64,000 bases of DNA from Methylophilus sp. (GCA_044222155.1 JBGANT010000004.1:22874-86873), one strand, 5' to 3'. Positions 43,014 through 51,724 are shown, numbered from the stretch's first letter. The notes: generated by a model not told the origin, from the letters alone. Translations and numbers: made by a program.

Positions 43014-44681
43014 ATGTATTACAGCAGAACACCTTTGCATTTTTCTCTGCTGCCGGGTCTATTACTCATCGTAAGCTTGTCCGGGTGCGGTCAGAAAACC
43101 GTAGAAACCGACAATAAGGACTTTTTGCAAAAATATCCCCCTGTCGAAGGAGGAACCCTGATCGGCGCCTCCATTGGCGAACCCAGTACATTGATTACCA
43201 TGGTAGCGGGGGAAGCTTCCGCTAGTGCAATTGCCTCCAATATTTTTAACACCCTGCTCAAATATAACGCCAATCTTGACCTAGAAGGCGAACTTGCAGA
43301 AAACTGGACAGTTTCAGAAGACAAGAAAACCATTACTTTCAAGCTCAAACCCAATCTCAAGTGGGCAGATGGCAAACCACTTACCAGCACGGATGTACTG
43401 TTTACCTGGCAGGCCGTCATCAAGCCGAAAACTGCCAGTCCCTATGCCTCGGATTTCTCGTTGGTCAAATACGCCCAGACTCCAGATCCGCTCACTTTTC
43501 AGGTCACATACGCACAACCATTTTCCCCCGCGCTGGATAGTTGGGCAGGCTTACAGGTGCTACCCAAGCATCTGTTGGAGGGTCAGGATTTACACAGCAC
43601 CGCCTTTGCACGCAACCCGGTCGGCAGCAGCTACTACAGGCTGGGTAAATGGGCCCATGGCGAGCATATCACGCTCACCCGAAATCCCTCATCAGCATTA
43701 GGTCCTGCGCAGATTGACCAGTTGGTAACGCGCATGATTCCCGATACCGCCGCACAATTTCTGGAGCTGATGGCCGACAATATCGACACTATGGGGCTAA
43801 CCCCGATCACCTACGCACGCATCATTCCCGCGCGCCCTGAGCTCCAGCAAAAGCTCAACTTATACAAAGAGCTGGGCAACAGTTACACTTATCTTGGTTT
43901 TAACCTCAAGCGCAAGCCGTTTGACGATGTACGCGTGCGCAAAGCTATCAATTACGCGATCGACAAGCAGGAAATTATTGATGGCGTGTATCTAGGACTG
44001 GGCATCAATATCGCCTCACCCTACAAACCTGGCACACGCTGGAGCAACCCGGATTTAAAACCCTATTCTTACGATCCAGCCAAAGCGCGCGAACTTCTTA
44101 AGGAAGCAGGCTTTGTAGACAGCAATGGTGACGGTATTGTGGAACGAGATGGCAAGCCACTCCGCTTTGAACTCATCACCAACAATGGCAACAAGGAGCG
44201 CGAGAAAACCGCTGTTTTCATTCAGCGCAGACTAAAAGAAGTCGGCATCGACATCAGCATACGCGAGTATGAATGGGCCACTTTCCTGACAAACTTTATC
44301 AAACCCGGTAATTTTGATGCTGTAATCCTGGGCTGGAGCCTGGGTCTCGACCCCGACCAGTACAATATCTGGCATTCCAGCCAGCAGGCACCCGGCCAGT
44401 TCAATTTTATCGGCTATAACAACCCGCAAGTGGACAAATTGCTAGAGCAAGGCCGCACCGAATTTGATTTGGAACAACGCAAGAAGATTTACCACGAGTT
44501 CTCCAGAATACTGCTCGAGGATTCACCCATGGTCTATCTCTCCGCAGGCTACGGCCTGAGTGCCATTCACAAGCGCGTACAAGGTATTGTCGACCCCATC
44601 CCGCCTGCCGGCGTGGGCTACGATTCGCATAAATGGTACATTCCAGCCCAGTTGCGCCGGAATGAGATTGCAGGAAACTAA
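43014..44681 (+). CDS. Peptide/nickel ABC transporter substrate-binding lipoprotein
   Basis: Lipobox LSGC and SBP family 5 motifs (LAENWTVS, VRKAINYAID). Confidence 0.92.
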   Translation: MYYSRTPLHFSLLPGLLLIVSLSGCGQKTVETDNKDFLQKYPPVEGGTLIGASIGEPSTLITMVAGEASASAIASNIFNTLLKYNANLDLEGELAENWTVSEDKKTITFKLKPNLKWADGKPLTSTDVLFTWQAVIKPKTASPYASDFSLVKYAQTPDPLTFQVTYAQPFSPALDSWAGLQVLPKHLLEGQDLHSTAFARNPVGSSYYRLGKWAHGEHITLTRNPSSALGPAQIDQLVTRMIPDTAAQFLELMADNIDTMGLTPITYARIIPARPELQQKLNLYKELGNSYTYLGFNLKRKPFDDVRVRKAINYAIDKQEIIDGVYLGLGINIASPYKPGTRWSNPDLKPYSYDPAKARELLKEAGFVDSNGDGIVERDGKPLRFELITNNGNKEREKTAVFIQRRLKEVGIDISIREYEWATFLTNFIKPGNFDAVILGWSLGLDPDQYNIWHSSQQAPGQFNFIGYNNPQVDKLLEQGRTEFDLEQRKKIYHEFSRILLEDSPMVYLSAGYGLSAIHKRVQGIVDPIPPAGVGYDSHKWYIPAQLRRNEIAGN

Positions 44682-45700
44682 TGCTGAAATACCTGATTAA
44701 GCGCGTGTTATGGATGATTCCGATGCTGGTCGGCATCAGCCTGATTTCGTTCTTCATCATGCATTTGGCGCCGGGCGACATCACCAGTAATGAGGCTGCA
44801 TTCAACCCGAAAGCCAGCGAGGAATCGCGCCAGAAACTGCGCGAAATGTACAACCTGGACAAGCCTGTCATCGTGCAATATGGGCTGTGGCTGAAACGCA
44901 TGGCAACACTGGACTTCGGCAACTCTTTCGCCAGCCACCAGAAACCGGTGTTCTGGGAAAAGACCGACAAAGACGGCAATGTCACCAAAGGCATGATACA
45001 GGAAGCGCTGCCGATCACCTTACTCATCAACGTGCTAGGACTGGCTATTACGCTCAGCTTTGCTATTCCGCTTGGCGTGATCGCCGCGCGCAAATATAGG
45101 GGTTGGCAGGATAAAAGCATCACTCTGTTCAATTTTGTCGGCTTCTCCGTTCCTGGCTTTTGGCTCTCTCTGCTATTGATGTATTGGTTGGGCGTGGTCA
45201 ACAACTGGCTGCCAATTTCCGGCATTCATAGCCTAAATTACGAAACACTTAGTACTTGGGGAAAAATCAAGGATACTTTGAGTCACTTGATGATGCCTGT
45301 CATCATCCCTTCTATAACCGGCTTGGCGGGCATCACGCTGTTCATCAAGAATGGCATGCTGGACGTACTACAGCAGGATTACATCACCACGGCGCGCGCC
45401 AAGGGTTTGAACGAGCAGCGCGTGGTCTATACACATGCCTTGCGCAACGCGTTGCTACCGCTTATCACTATCATTGGTCTTTCAATACCTGGCTTGATTG
45501 GCGGCTCGGTCATCGCTGAAACCATTTTTGCCATCCCGGGCATGGGTAAACTGTTCTATGATGCCGTGCTGATGCGCGATTTCCCGGTGGTAATGGGCAT
45601 ACTGACCATCGGCGCAACATTGACCTTGATTGGCAACCTGCTGGCAGACATTGCCTATGCCTGGGCAGACCCGCGTGTACGGCGAGGAGTTGCACGCTAA
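44681..45700 (+). CDS. Peptide ABC transporter permease (DppB/OppB type)
   Basis: EAA loop TARAKGL...HALRNA, ETIFAIPGMG and DPRVR. Confidence 0.93.
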   Translation: MLKYLIKRVLWMIPMLVGISLISFFIMHLAPGDITSNEAAFNPKASEESRQKLREMYNLDKPVIVQYGLWLKRMATLDFGNSFASHQKPVFWEKTDKDGNVTKGMIQEALPITLLINVLGLAITLSFAIPLGVIAARKYRGWQDKSITLFNFVGFSVPGFWLSLLLMYWLGVVNNWLPISGIHSLNYETLSTWGKIKDTLSHLMMPVIIPSITGLAGITLFIKNGMLDVLQQDYITTARAKGLNEQRVVYTHALRNALLPLITIIGLSIPGLIGGSVIAETIFAIPGMGKLFYDAVLMRDFPVVMGILTIGATLTLIGNLLADIAYAWADPRVRRGVAR

Positions 45701-46536
45701 TGAACGGCCTGCTCAAAAAAACTCTCTCCAACCCACTGGCATTGGCAGGCTTCGTCATCATCCTTGCGGTGCTGGTACTCGCGCTGCTGGCGCCCGTCAT
45801 TGCCCCATACGACCCTGATGAAATCAACGTGAAATCTATCCTGCTGGCACCCTCCGTTACGCACTGGATGGGTACGGATGGCCTGGGACGCGACGTATTC
45901 AGCCGCATGCTTTACGGCGGGCGCGTTTCCTTGCTGGTAGGCCTTGTGGCCGTTGGCATCTCTACAGCCATTGGTATCGTGCTAGGCGCTTTGGCTGGCT
46001 ATTATCGCGGCTGGGTAGATACCGTCATCATGCGCTTGGTGGACATCATGCTGTCGATTCCCAGCTTCTTCCTGATACTGGCCGTGATTGCTTTCCTGAC
46101 CCCTTCCATCATCAACATCATGATCGTCATCGGCCTTACCTCATGGATGGGCGTAACACGACTGGTGCGCGCAGAATTCCTAAGTCTGAGCGAGCGCGAA
46201 TTTGTCATGGCTTCCCGCACACTTGGTGCCAAGGATTTTAGGCTGATATTCACCCACTTGTTGCCAAATAGCCTGACACCCATCATTGTCAGCTCGGTGC
46301 TAGGCGTCGCAAGCGCGGTATTACTGGAATCCGGCCTGAGTTTCCTTGGGCTTGGTGTCCAGCCGCCGCAAGCCTCCTGGGGCAACATCCTGACCGATGG
46401 GAAAGAGTATATCCAGTTTGCCTGGTGGCTGTCGCTCTTTCCCGGTTTGGCCATTCTGGTCACTGTATTGGGGTATAATCTGCTTGGCGAGGGGTTGAGA
46501 GATGCATTGGACCCCCGAAGCAACTCTAACAAGTAA
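45700..46536 (+). CDS. Peptide ABC transporter permease (DppC/OppC type)
   Basis: Motifs GTDGLGRD, ESGLSFLGLG and GEGLRDALDP. Confidence 0.93.
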   Translation: MNGLLKKTLSNPLALAGFVIILAVLVLALLAPVIAPYDPDEINVKSILLAPSVTHWMGTDGLGRDVFSRMLYGGRVSLLVGLVAVGISTAIGIVLGALAGYYRGWVDTVIMRLVDIMLSIPSFFLILAVIAFLTPSIINIMIVIGLTSWMGVTRLVRAEFLSLSEREFVMASRTLGAKDFRLIFTHLLPNSLTPIIVSSVLGVASAVLLESGLSFLGLGVQPPQASWGNILTDGKEYIQFAWWLSLFPGLAILVTVLGYNLLGEGLRDALDPRSNSNK

Positions 46537-46545
46537 GGATGAATC

Positions 46546-47346
46546 ATGGGATTTCTAGCCGGAAAAAAAGTATTGATTGCAGGACTGCTGAGCAACCGCT
46601 CCATCGCCTACGGCATTGCGGCCGCAATGAAACGCGAAGGTGCTGAATTAGCCTTCACCTATCAAATCGAGAAGCATGCACAGCGCGTGGCTGATTTGGC
46701 AGCGGATTTCGACTCGAAGATCGTACTGCCTTGCGATGCCGCATCCGATGAGCAGATTGCGGCATTATTCGACTCTCTTGCCAAACACTGGGATGGCTTA
46801 GACAGTGTAGTGCATTCGATTGCCTTTGTACCAAAAACGGCTTTGGCTGGCGATTATCTGGACACGATTAGTCTGGATGGCATCAGCCGTGAAAACTTCC
46901 GCATCGCGCATGACATCAGCTCCTACAGCTTCTCCGCTATGGCCAAAGCCGCTTATCCGATGATGCAGGGCCGCAATGGCAGCCTGCTCACCTTGAGCTA
47001 TCTGGGCGCAGAACGCACCATGCCAAACTATAACGTGATGGGCGTGGCAAAGGCCAGCCTGGAAGCCAATGTGCGCTACCTGGCGCAAAGCCTGGGGCCG
47101 CGCGGCATTCGTGTCAACGCGGTGTCTGCAGGCCCTATCAAGACACTGGCCGCTTCTGGTATTGCGGATTTCGATAAAATGACGAGTTTTAACGAGCGCC
47201 ATGCGGCACTGCGCCGCAATGTGACGATTGAGGAAGTTGGCAACGTCTCTGCCTTCCTGTGTAGCGATCTGGCTTCCGGCGTGACTGGTGAGATTACTTA
47301 TGTGGACGGCGGCATGAACATTACCGCGGCCGGGCAAATAGAATAG
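46546..47346 (+). CDS. fabI: Enoyl-ACP reductase
   Basis: Motifs [19 protein letters not shown] and AGPIKTLA. Confidence 0.97.
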   Translation: MGFLAGKKVLIAGLLSNRSIAYGIAAAMKREGAELAFTYQIEKHAQRVADLAADFDSKIVLPCDAASDEQIAALFDSLAKHWDGLDSVVHSIAFVPKTALAGDYLDTISLDGISRENFRIAHDISSYSFSAMAKAAYPMMQGRNGSLLTLSYLGAERTMPNYNVMGVAKASLEANVRYLAQSLGPRGIRVNAVSAGPIKTLAASGIADFDKMTSFNERHAALRRNVTIEEVGNVSAFLCSDLASGVTGEITYVDGGMNITAAGQIE

Positions 47347-47349
47347 TTA

Positions 47350-47400
47350 AAAACATATGCTCTGGAAGGCGCATCAATACTGGCTTCCAGAGCATCGTTT
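47350..47400. repeat. Palindromic dispersed element, copy B
   Basis: AAAAC-ATATGCT-CTGGAAGGC-GCATCAATACT-GGCTTCCAG-AGCAT; 29-bp core at 47362-47390. Confidence 0.75.
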
Positions 47401-47406
47401 AAAATA

Positions 47407-47434
47407 GAAAAGCGGACAAAATGTCCGCTTTTTC
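47407..47434. terminator. Bidirectional terminator between fabI and ppiD
   Basis: AAAAGCGGACA-AAA-TGTCCGCTTTTT. Confidence 0.85.
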
Positions 47435-47456
47435 ATGCCTGCGTTATCGCCATATC

Positions 47457-49355
47457 TTACTGGCTATTGCTTTCCAGCAACTTTTTGTTTACGGAAACAT
47501 CCGCTTTCGCTTTCAGGGATCGCAAATAAGCCCCGACATACTCCGCTTCTACAGCGCGTTGCAAATCGCTTTCAGCGGCAGTTCTGGCAGTAGCATCGCC
47601 CGCCAATTGATTGTCCAGATGGCTCACTTCTACCAGCACATAAGCACGCTTATCGTCCATAAAGCCTGCATATGCGGGTAGTTTGTTCGTGCTGATTTTG
47701 AACACCTGGTTCATCACGCCATCCGTCAAACCTTGGGCGTTCTTGCGATCCACTGTCACAGGCGGGATCCATTCCAGTTCGCCATCTTTCTGGCCGTTCT
47801 TCAATTTGGCCAATACAGTCTCACCCTTCTCTTTTGCCAGCTTCATCGCCTGTTCGAGTTTCAGCACAGCCTCAATGCCACCCTTCACCTCATCAAAGCT
47901 ACGTGGTGCACTTGGCTTGTATTCCAGCACACGGGCGGAAATCAGGTTATTGGGTGACACTTCAATGGCCTCCGTATTGCGCTTCTCCTTCAACACCTCA
48001 TCGGAGAACACCTGTGCCATAATCTTCTCATTCTTGAAGAACTTCGCGCCATCTTCACGGCTCATCCAGCCGCTGGTCTGCAACTGCAAGTTAAACTTCT
48101 TGGCGACCGGCTGCAAGCTACCGGACTGCTCATAGACTGTGTTGCCAAAGTCTTCGCTCAATTCAGCATATTTAGCTTGCGCCTTCTGGAACATCAATTC
48201 ACCCTTGATTTGCGGCTTCATGCTCTCGAACGAGGACGAAGCGCCAGAGATACCCGTCAATTTGATGATGTGATAACCAAATTCGGACTCAACGATGTCA
48301 CTGACCTCATTTACTTTCATCGAAAACACCGCGTCCTCGAACGGCTTCACCATCGCGCCGCGGCCAAAGCTGCCCAAATCGCCGCCTTTGGTGGCAGAGC
48401 CCGGGTCTTGCGAATATTTGGTCGCCAGCTCTTCAAAGCGTTTCGGGCTTTTGCGCACCTGAGCAAGAATATCTTCCGCCTTCGCTTTGGCCGCCGCCTT
48501 GTCGGCATCTGCAGCACCAACACCAAAAGCAATCAGGATATGGCTAGCCTGGCGCTGCTCGTTACCTTGAAATTTGGGGGCATTCTCATCATAAAATGCT
48601 TTGACTTCCCCTTCCGTCACAGAAGTCTGCGTCAACAACTGCGCAACGGAAAGCAAGGCGAATTCCAGCTTCACCTGTTCCGGCGATTTGAATTTATCCT
48701 TGTGCTGCTCGTAATAAGATTTTACCTCTTCCGGCGTAACCTTTACCTGAGACAAAAACGACGCTGTCTTGATTTCGGCTGTGCTGACATCACGTTGCTG
48801 ATGCAGATAAGTCAGCGTCTGGCTTGCCGCCACAGGCGTCACAAATGCAAGCCTGCTCACGCCTTCACGCGCTTGTTGTGCAATCATGTCAGTGCGGATG
48901 CTGGCCTCAAATTTGGTTGCGGTCAGCTTGTTTTGCGCCAATGTCTTGTGGTAGAGCTCTTCGGAGAACTTGCCATTTTCCTGAAACTCCGGCATCGTAA
49001 AAATGTGCTGGCTCAGTTGATCGTCCGTGACCGTAAAGCGCAACGTCTTGACTGCATTCCCTACCAGACGTCTTGAGATCAGGCCATCCAGGACAGATTG
49101 TTTGAATGCGGGGCTTTCCAGCATCTGAGCGTCCACTTTCTGCCCTTCCGCTTGCAAACGGTTCCTGACATTTTCCATTGCGATACCATATTCCTGCAGG
49201 GAAATCTTGCTACCATCCACTTTGGCAACGGCCACACCGCTGCCTGCGTTATTCAAATAGGAATCTATACCGAACAATGCAAACGGAATAACAATCAGCG
49301 CCAGAATCAGTTTGGCCAGCCAGCCTTGGGTGTGTTTACGAATTGCGTCTAACAT
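47457..49355 (-). CDS. ppiD: Periplasmic folding chaperone / parvulin PPIase
   Basis: N-terminal TM helix, SurA_N-like domain and rotamase motifs ASHILI, SQDPGS.KGGDLG and FGYHII. Lies downstream of the lon-hupB-tRNA cluster. Confidence 0.92.
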   Translation of the reverse strand: MLDAIRKHTQGWLAKLILALIVIPFALFGIDSYLNNAGSGVAVAKVDGSKISLQEYGIAMENVRNRLQAEGQKVDAQMLESPAFKQSVLDGLISRRLVGNAVKTLRFTVTDDQLSQHIFTMPEFQENGKFSEELYHKTLAQNKLTATKFEASIRTDMIAQQAREGVSRLAFVTPVAASQTLTYLHQQRDVSTAEIKTASFLSQVKVTPEEVKSYYEQHKDKFKSPEQVKLEFALLSVAQLLTQTSVTEGEVKAFYDENAPKFQGNEQRQASHILIAFGVGAADADKAAAKAKAEDILAQVRKSPKRFEELATKYSQDPGSATKGGDLGSFGRGAMVKPFEDAVFSMKVNEVSDIVESEFGYHIIKLTGISGASSSFESMKPQIKGELMFQKAQAKYAELSEDFGNTVYEQSGSLQPVAKKFNLQLQTSGWMSREDGAKFFKNEKIMAQVFSDEVLKEKRNTEAIEVSPNNLISARVLEYKPSAPRSFDEVKGGIEAVLKLEQAMKLAKEKGETVLAKLKNGQKDGELEWIPPVTVDRKNAQGLTDGVMNQVFKISTNKLPAYAGFMDDKRAYVLVEVSHLDNQLAGDATARTAAESDLQRAVEAEYVGAYLRSLKAKADVSVNKKLLESNSQ

Positions 49356-49454
49356 AAGAACTCAAGCGGAAAAAGAAAATTAAATAAACGCGACAATATA
49401 CCACAAGCATGCCTGCAACGCATGTATTGCCCGTTAGCAGAAAGATATGGAAAT

Positions 49455-49483
49455 AAAAAAGCGAGCCTCAAGGCTCGCTTTTT
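49455..49483 (-). terminator. Terminator following the displaced tRNA-Asp 3' fragment (likely the original tRNA terminator)
   Basis: AAAAAAGCGAGCC-TCAA-GGCTCGCTTTTT immediately beyond the att copy. Confidence 0.8.
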
Positions 49484-49781
49484 GTGTTGGCGGAGCGGCC
49501 AGTCTCTAGCTAAATCGTCTCAGTTACCTGCTTTCAGAGAATTTTACAGGGAATCTGATTAATAGTGCTGCCACTAAGCTGTGGGTTGTGACCCTTCTTT
49601 GCCCCACCGAAGGCTGCATAAGTAGCGCATGCTCCAAAAATATCAGGGAATAACAGCGAATTCTTTAATTCGGCACTTGATGAGGGTCTGCTGGATTTCG
49701 CTGAAATCAGTACTAGCTCATAGCTTGCGGTGCACACTTTTCTTGCCCCAGGCCGCTGTGAAGTAGGTGCTTAAAATGTTC

Positions 49782-49830
49782 AAAACGGGTGCTCTGGAAG
49801 GCGCATGGGGATTGGGTTTCAGAGCATATC
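49782..49830. repeat. Palindromic dispersed element, copy C
   Basis: AAAAC-GGGTGCT-CTGGAAGGC-GCATGGGGATT-GGGTTTCAG-AGCAT; 29-bp core at 49794-49822. Confidence 0.72.
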
Positions 49831-49837
49831 ATTTCAG

Positions 49838-49980
49838 GAAATCGTGGTCTGTCCCCTATTGTTTTTTTACCCGCCTAGTGCGTTTACAATTACAATTTTA
49901 CGCAGTAAAAATCAAAGGAAGCAGTGTAGTGATAATAAGGTTTACTGCCGTTATCCAGAAATCGTGGTACGTCGCCTATT
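49838..49980. repeat. Two 23-bp direct repeats 120 bp apart
   Basis: GAAATCGTGGTCTGTCCCCTATT (49838-49860) and GAAATCGTGGTACGTCGCCTATT (49958-49980) match at 20 of 23 positions. Confidence 0.8.
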
Positions 49981-50005
49981 AACGCGTCCTATTGATTTGC
50001 GTGGG

Positions 50006-50491
50006 TTAATCGTTATGTAACTGTTTCAAAGCATCAACTGCACCATCAATATTTTCATTAGCTGCCTGCTTGATTAAACTCAAGCCAAACTCTTTATCTT
50101 TCGGCATGCCATGAGAGCCATAAAATAAGTTTAAACCATGGCTAAGTTTTGCCTTAGCGTATCCTGCTTCTGCAGCTTTCTTATAAAGCCCTCCAGCTAT
50201 TGTATGATCTTGCTCAACAAGGTCTCCCAAGTCATAACAAACAGCAAGCTCATAGATAGCAGGTAAATAGCCACTCTCCGCAGACTTATTTAGTAATTCC
50301 ATTCTTCGAATATCAAACTCATCATCGGTCTCCATACCTGCAACACTAAAAGTTGAATACAAAAACAACGCAGCCGGATTATTTTTAATCAATAATGGCT
50401 TTATTAACTCATAAACTACTGAGCAATCTCCTAAAGTATTAAGTGCAGTTTCAGCATCTTGAAGGATTTTTTGTTCATCATTATTTTCCAT
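50006..50491 (-). CDS. Sel1-like repeat protein, putative immunity protein of the Rhs toxin
   Basis: SLR pattern AIYELAVCYDLG...YKKAAEAGYAKA...G..KD. Starts 3 nt after the toxin stop and has the same low GC as the toxin tip. Confidence 0.75.
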   Translation of the reverse strand: MENNDEQKILQDAETALNTLGDCSVVYELIKPLLIKNNPAALFLYSTFSVAGMETDDEFDIRRMELLNKSAESGYLPAIYELAVCYDLGDLVEQDHTIAGGLYKKAAEAGYAKAKLSHGLNLFYGSHGMPKDKEFGLSLIKQAANENIDGAVDALKQLHND

Positions 50492-50494
50492 AAA

Positions 50495-51460
50495 TTACCT
50501 CGTTGGAATAATTCGGTCACCTTTTGGACTTGTACAGCGGCATTGTACGTGATGAACTGATTTTGAGCCCAGTTTGTCTTTAGCATCCTTTTCTGCTGCG
50601 CGTTTAGCCTCGGTCAAAGTTGATCCTTCACCGTAGCCCATGGCAAAATCTTGGTCATCAATTGAGCAATTATCAGGACTTCTCCCATTTGCATCTGCTC
50701 TACAAACGCATGTATATTTCCCACGTTTTCTGTCAGGATAGGGTACAGCCCTTTCCTTCTTAGCAGATGAATCACCTGGAATTGAAGCCGCAACAGCCAA
50801 AGTTGCACCAATCCCTATGTTGGCAAGTGTTGCACTACCTAAGGCATCTGCGATAGCCGCTCCAACAGGATAAAGCAAAGGTAAAGCAAACAGTCCCTCA
50901 GGGTCGCTATAACTGAGCGGATTCCCATTCACGTAACTGTAGGTATTAATCCCGCCCTCTAGCCCTATCGGATCACTCTCAATGTATCTGCCCGTGCGCG
51001 GGTTGTAATCCCGGTAGTAATTATAGCTCAGTTGGCTTTGTGGGTCGTAAAGCTGCCCGGGGAACCTGAGGTTGTAGGTGAAGACGCCGAGGGTGGCCGG
51101 GTTCTCGTTGGGCAGGTTGGCCCCAAAGGCTTCACTGTTCTCAGGGTACCACGTCCAGCGCTTCTGGTTGCTGTAGCTGGTAATCAGGCGCGGGGTGTCC
51201 AGGTGGTCGGTGTGCACGAAGTAGGTGTTGTTCTGCGTTTGCGTCGCCGTGTCCGGCACGATGCGGATGGCATCGGCCATGACGATGCCGTTGCCCTGCC
51301 CGCTTAAGGTGACAGTAAGCGGGTTGGCGGTATCTATGCCGTAGGCGTAGTTGTTGGCGCCGATGGTGAGGTTGGTACGGTTGTGGCTCAGGTCGTATTG
51401 GTAGCCGGTGTTGCTGCTGGACTTTAGCAAATAAAGAGCGAGGACTGCCAAAATGGGCAA
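50495..51460 (-). pseudogene. Truncated/orphan Rhs protein: core C-terminus plus intact polymorphic toxin tip
   Basis: Motifs HTDHLDTPR, NLRFPGQ, YNYYRDYNPRTGRYIESDPIGLEGG and DPEGL (50891-50905). Most YD repeats are missing and the first ~13 codons do not look like Rhs. Confidence 0.85.
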
Positions 51461-51518
51461 CTGAGAAAAAAGATAAATTCCGAAGAAAGAGGCAGTTTAT
51501 GGACTGCAGAGAATCTGG

Positions 51519-51549
51519 AAAAGCAAAAGCCCCGCTATTGGCGGGGCTT
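51519..51549 (-). terminator. Terminator downstream of tRNA-Asp (inside the island)
   Basis: AAGCCCCGC-CAATA-GCGGGGCTTTTGCTTTT on the - strand. Confidence 0.8.
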
Positions 51550-51590
51550 CTACACTAAGCTGCATCAAAACTGGTACAACTCAGACTTGT

Positions 51591-51667
51591 TGGCGGAGCG
51601 GACGGGGCTCGAACCCGCGACCCCCGGCGTGACAGGCCGGTATTCTAACCAACTGAACTACCGCTCC
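51591..51667 (-). tRNA. tRNA-Asp(GTC)
   Basis: 77-nt cloverleaf GGAGCGG...CCGGC-CT-GTC-AC-GCCGG...GGTTCGAG...CCGCTCCGCCA. Confidence 0.97.
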
Positions 51668-51724
51668 AGCTATACTGCTCGCTTATAAGGGCGCCATTAT
51701 AAGCGTTTTTGCTCTCTACAAAAC

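Larger units (their letters stand above)
49485..51601. mobile_element. Remnant genomic island integrated at the tRNA-Asp 3' end (no integrase left)
   Basis: TGTTGGCGGAGCGG is duplicated at 49485-49498 and 51588-51601 (11 nt of the tRNA 3' end plus 3 nt). Cargo is AT-rich with an Rhs fragment, and a terminator follows each copy. Confidence 0.75.

Noticed and set aside
44118-44144. DSNGDG Ca-binding-like loop in the ABC substrate-binding protein
   Set aside because: This loop is common in family-5 SBPs and is not unusual.
49413-49440. Possible fifth copy of the palindromic element (CTGCAACGCATG...TTAGCAG)
   Set aside because: It is 28 bp rather than 29, the arms match poorly and the upstream AAAAY is missing.
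49838-49980. CRISPR interpretation of the 23-bp direct repeats
   Set aside because: There are only two copies, the 97-bp spacer is too long and no cas genes are present.
49534-50020. Short ORFs in the left part of the island (49534-49737, 49767-49982, 49805-50020)
   Set aside because: They have no motifs or clear RBS and overlap repeats; no integrase or transposase fragment is recognisable.
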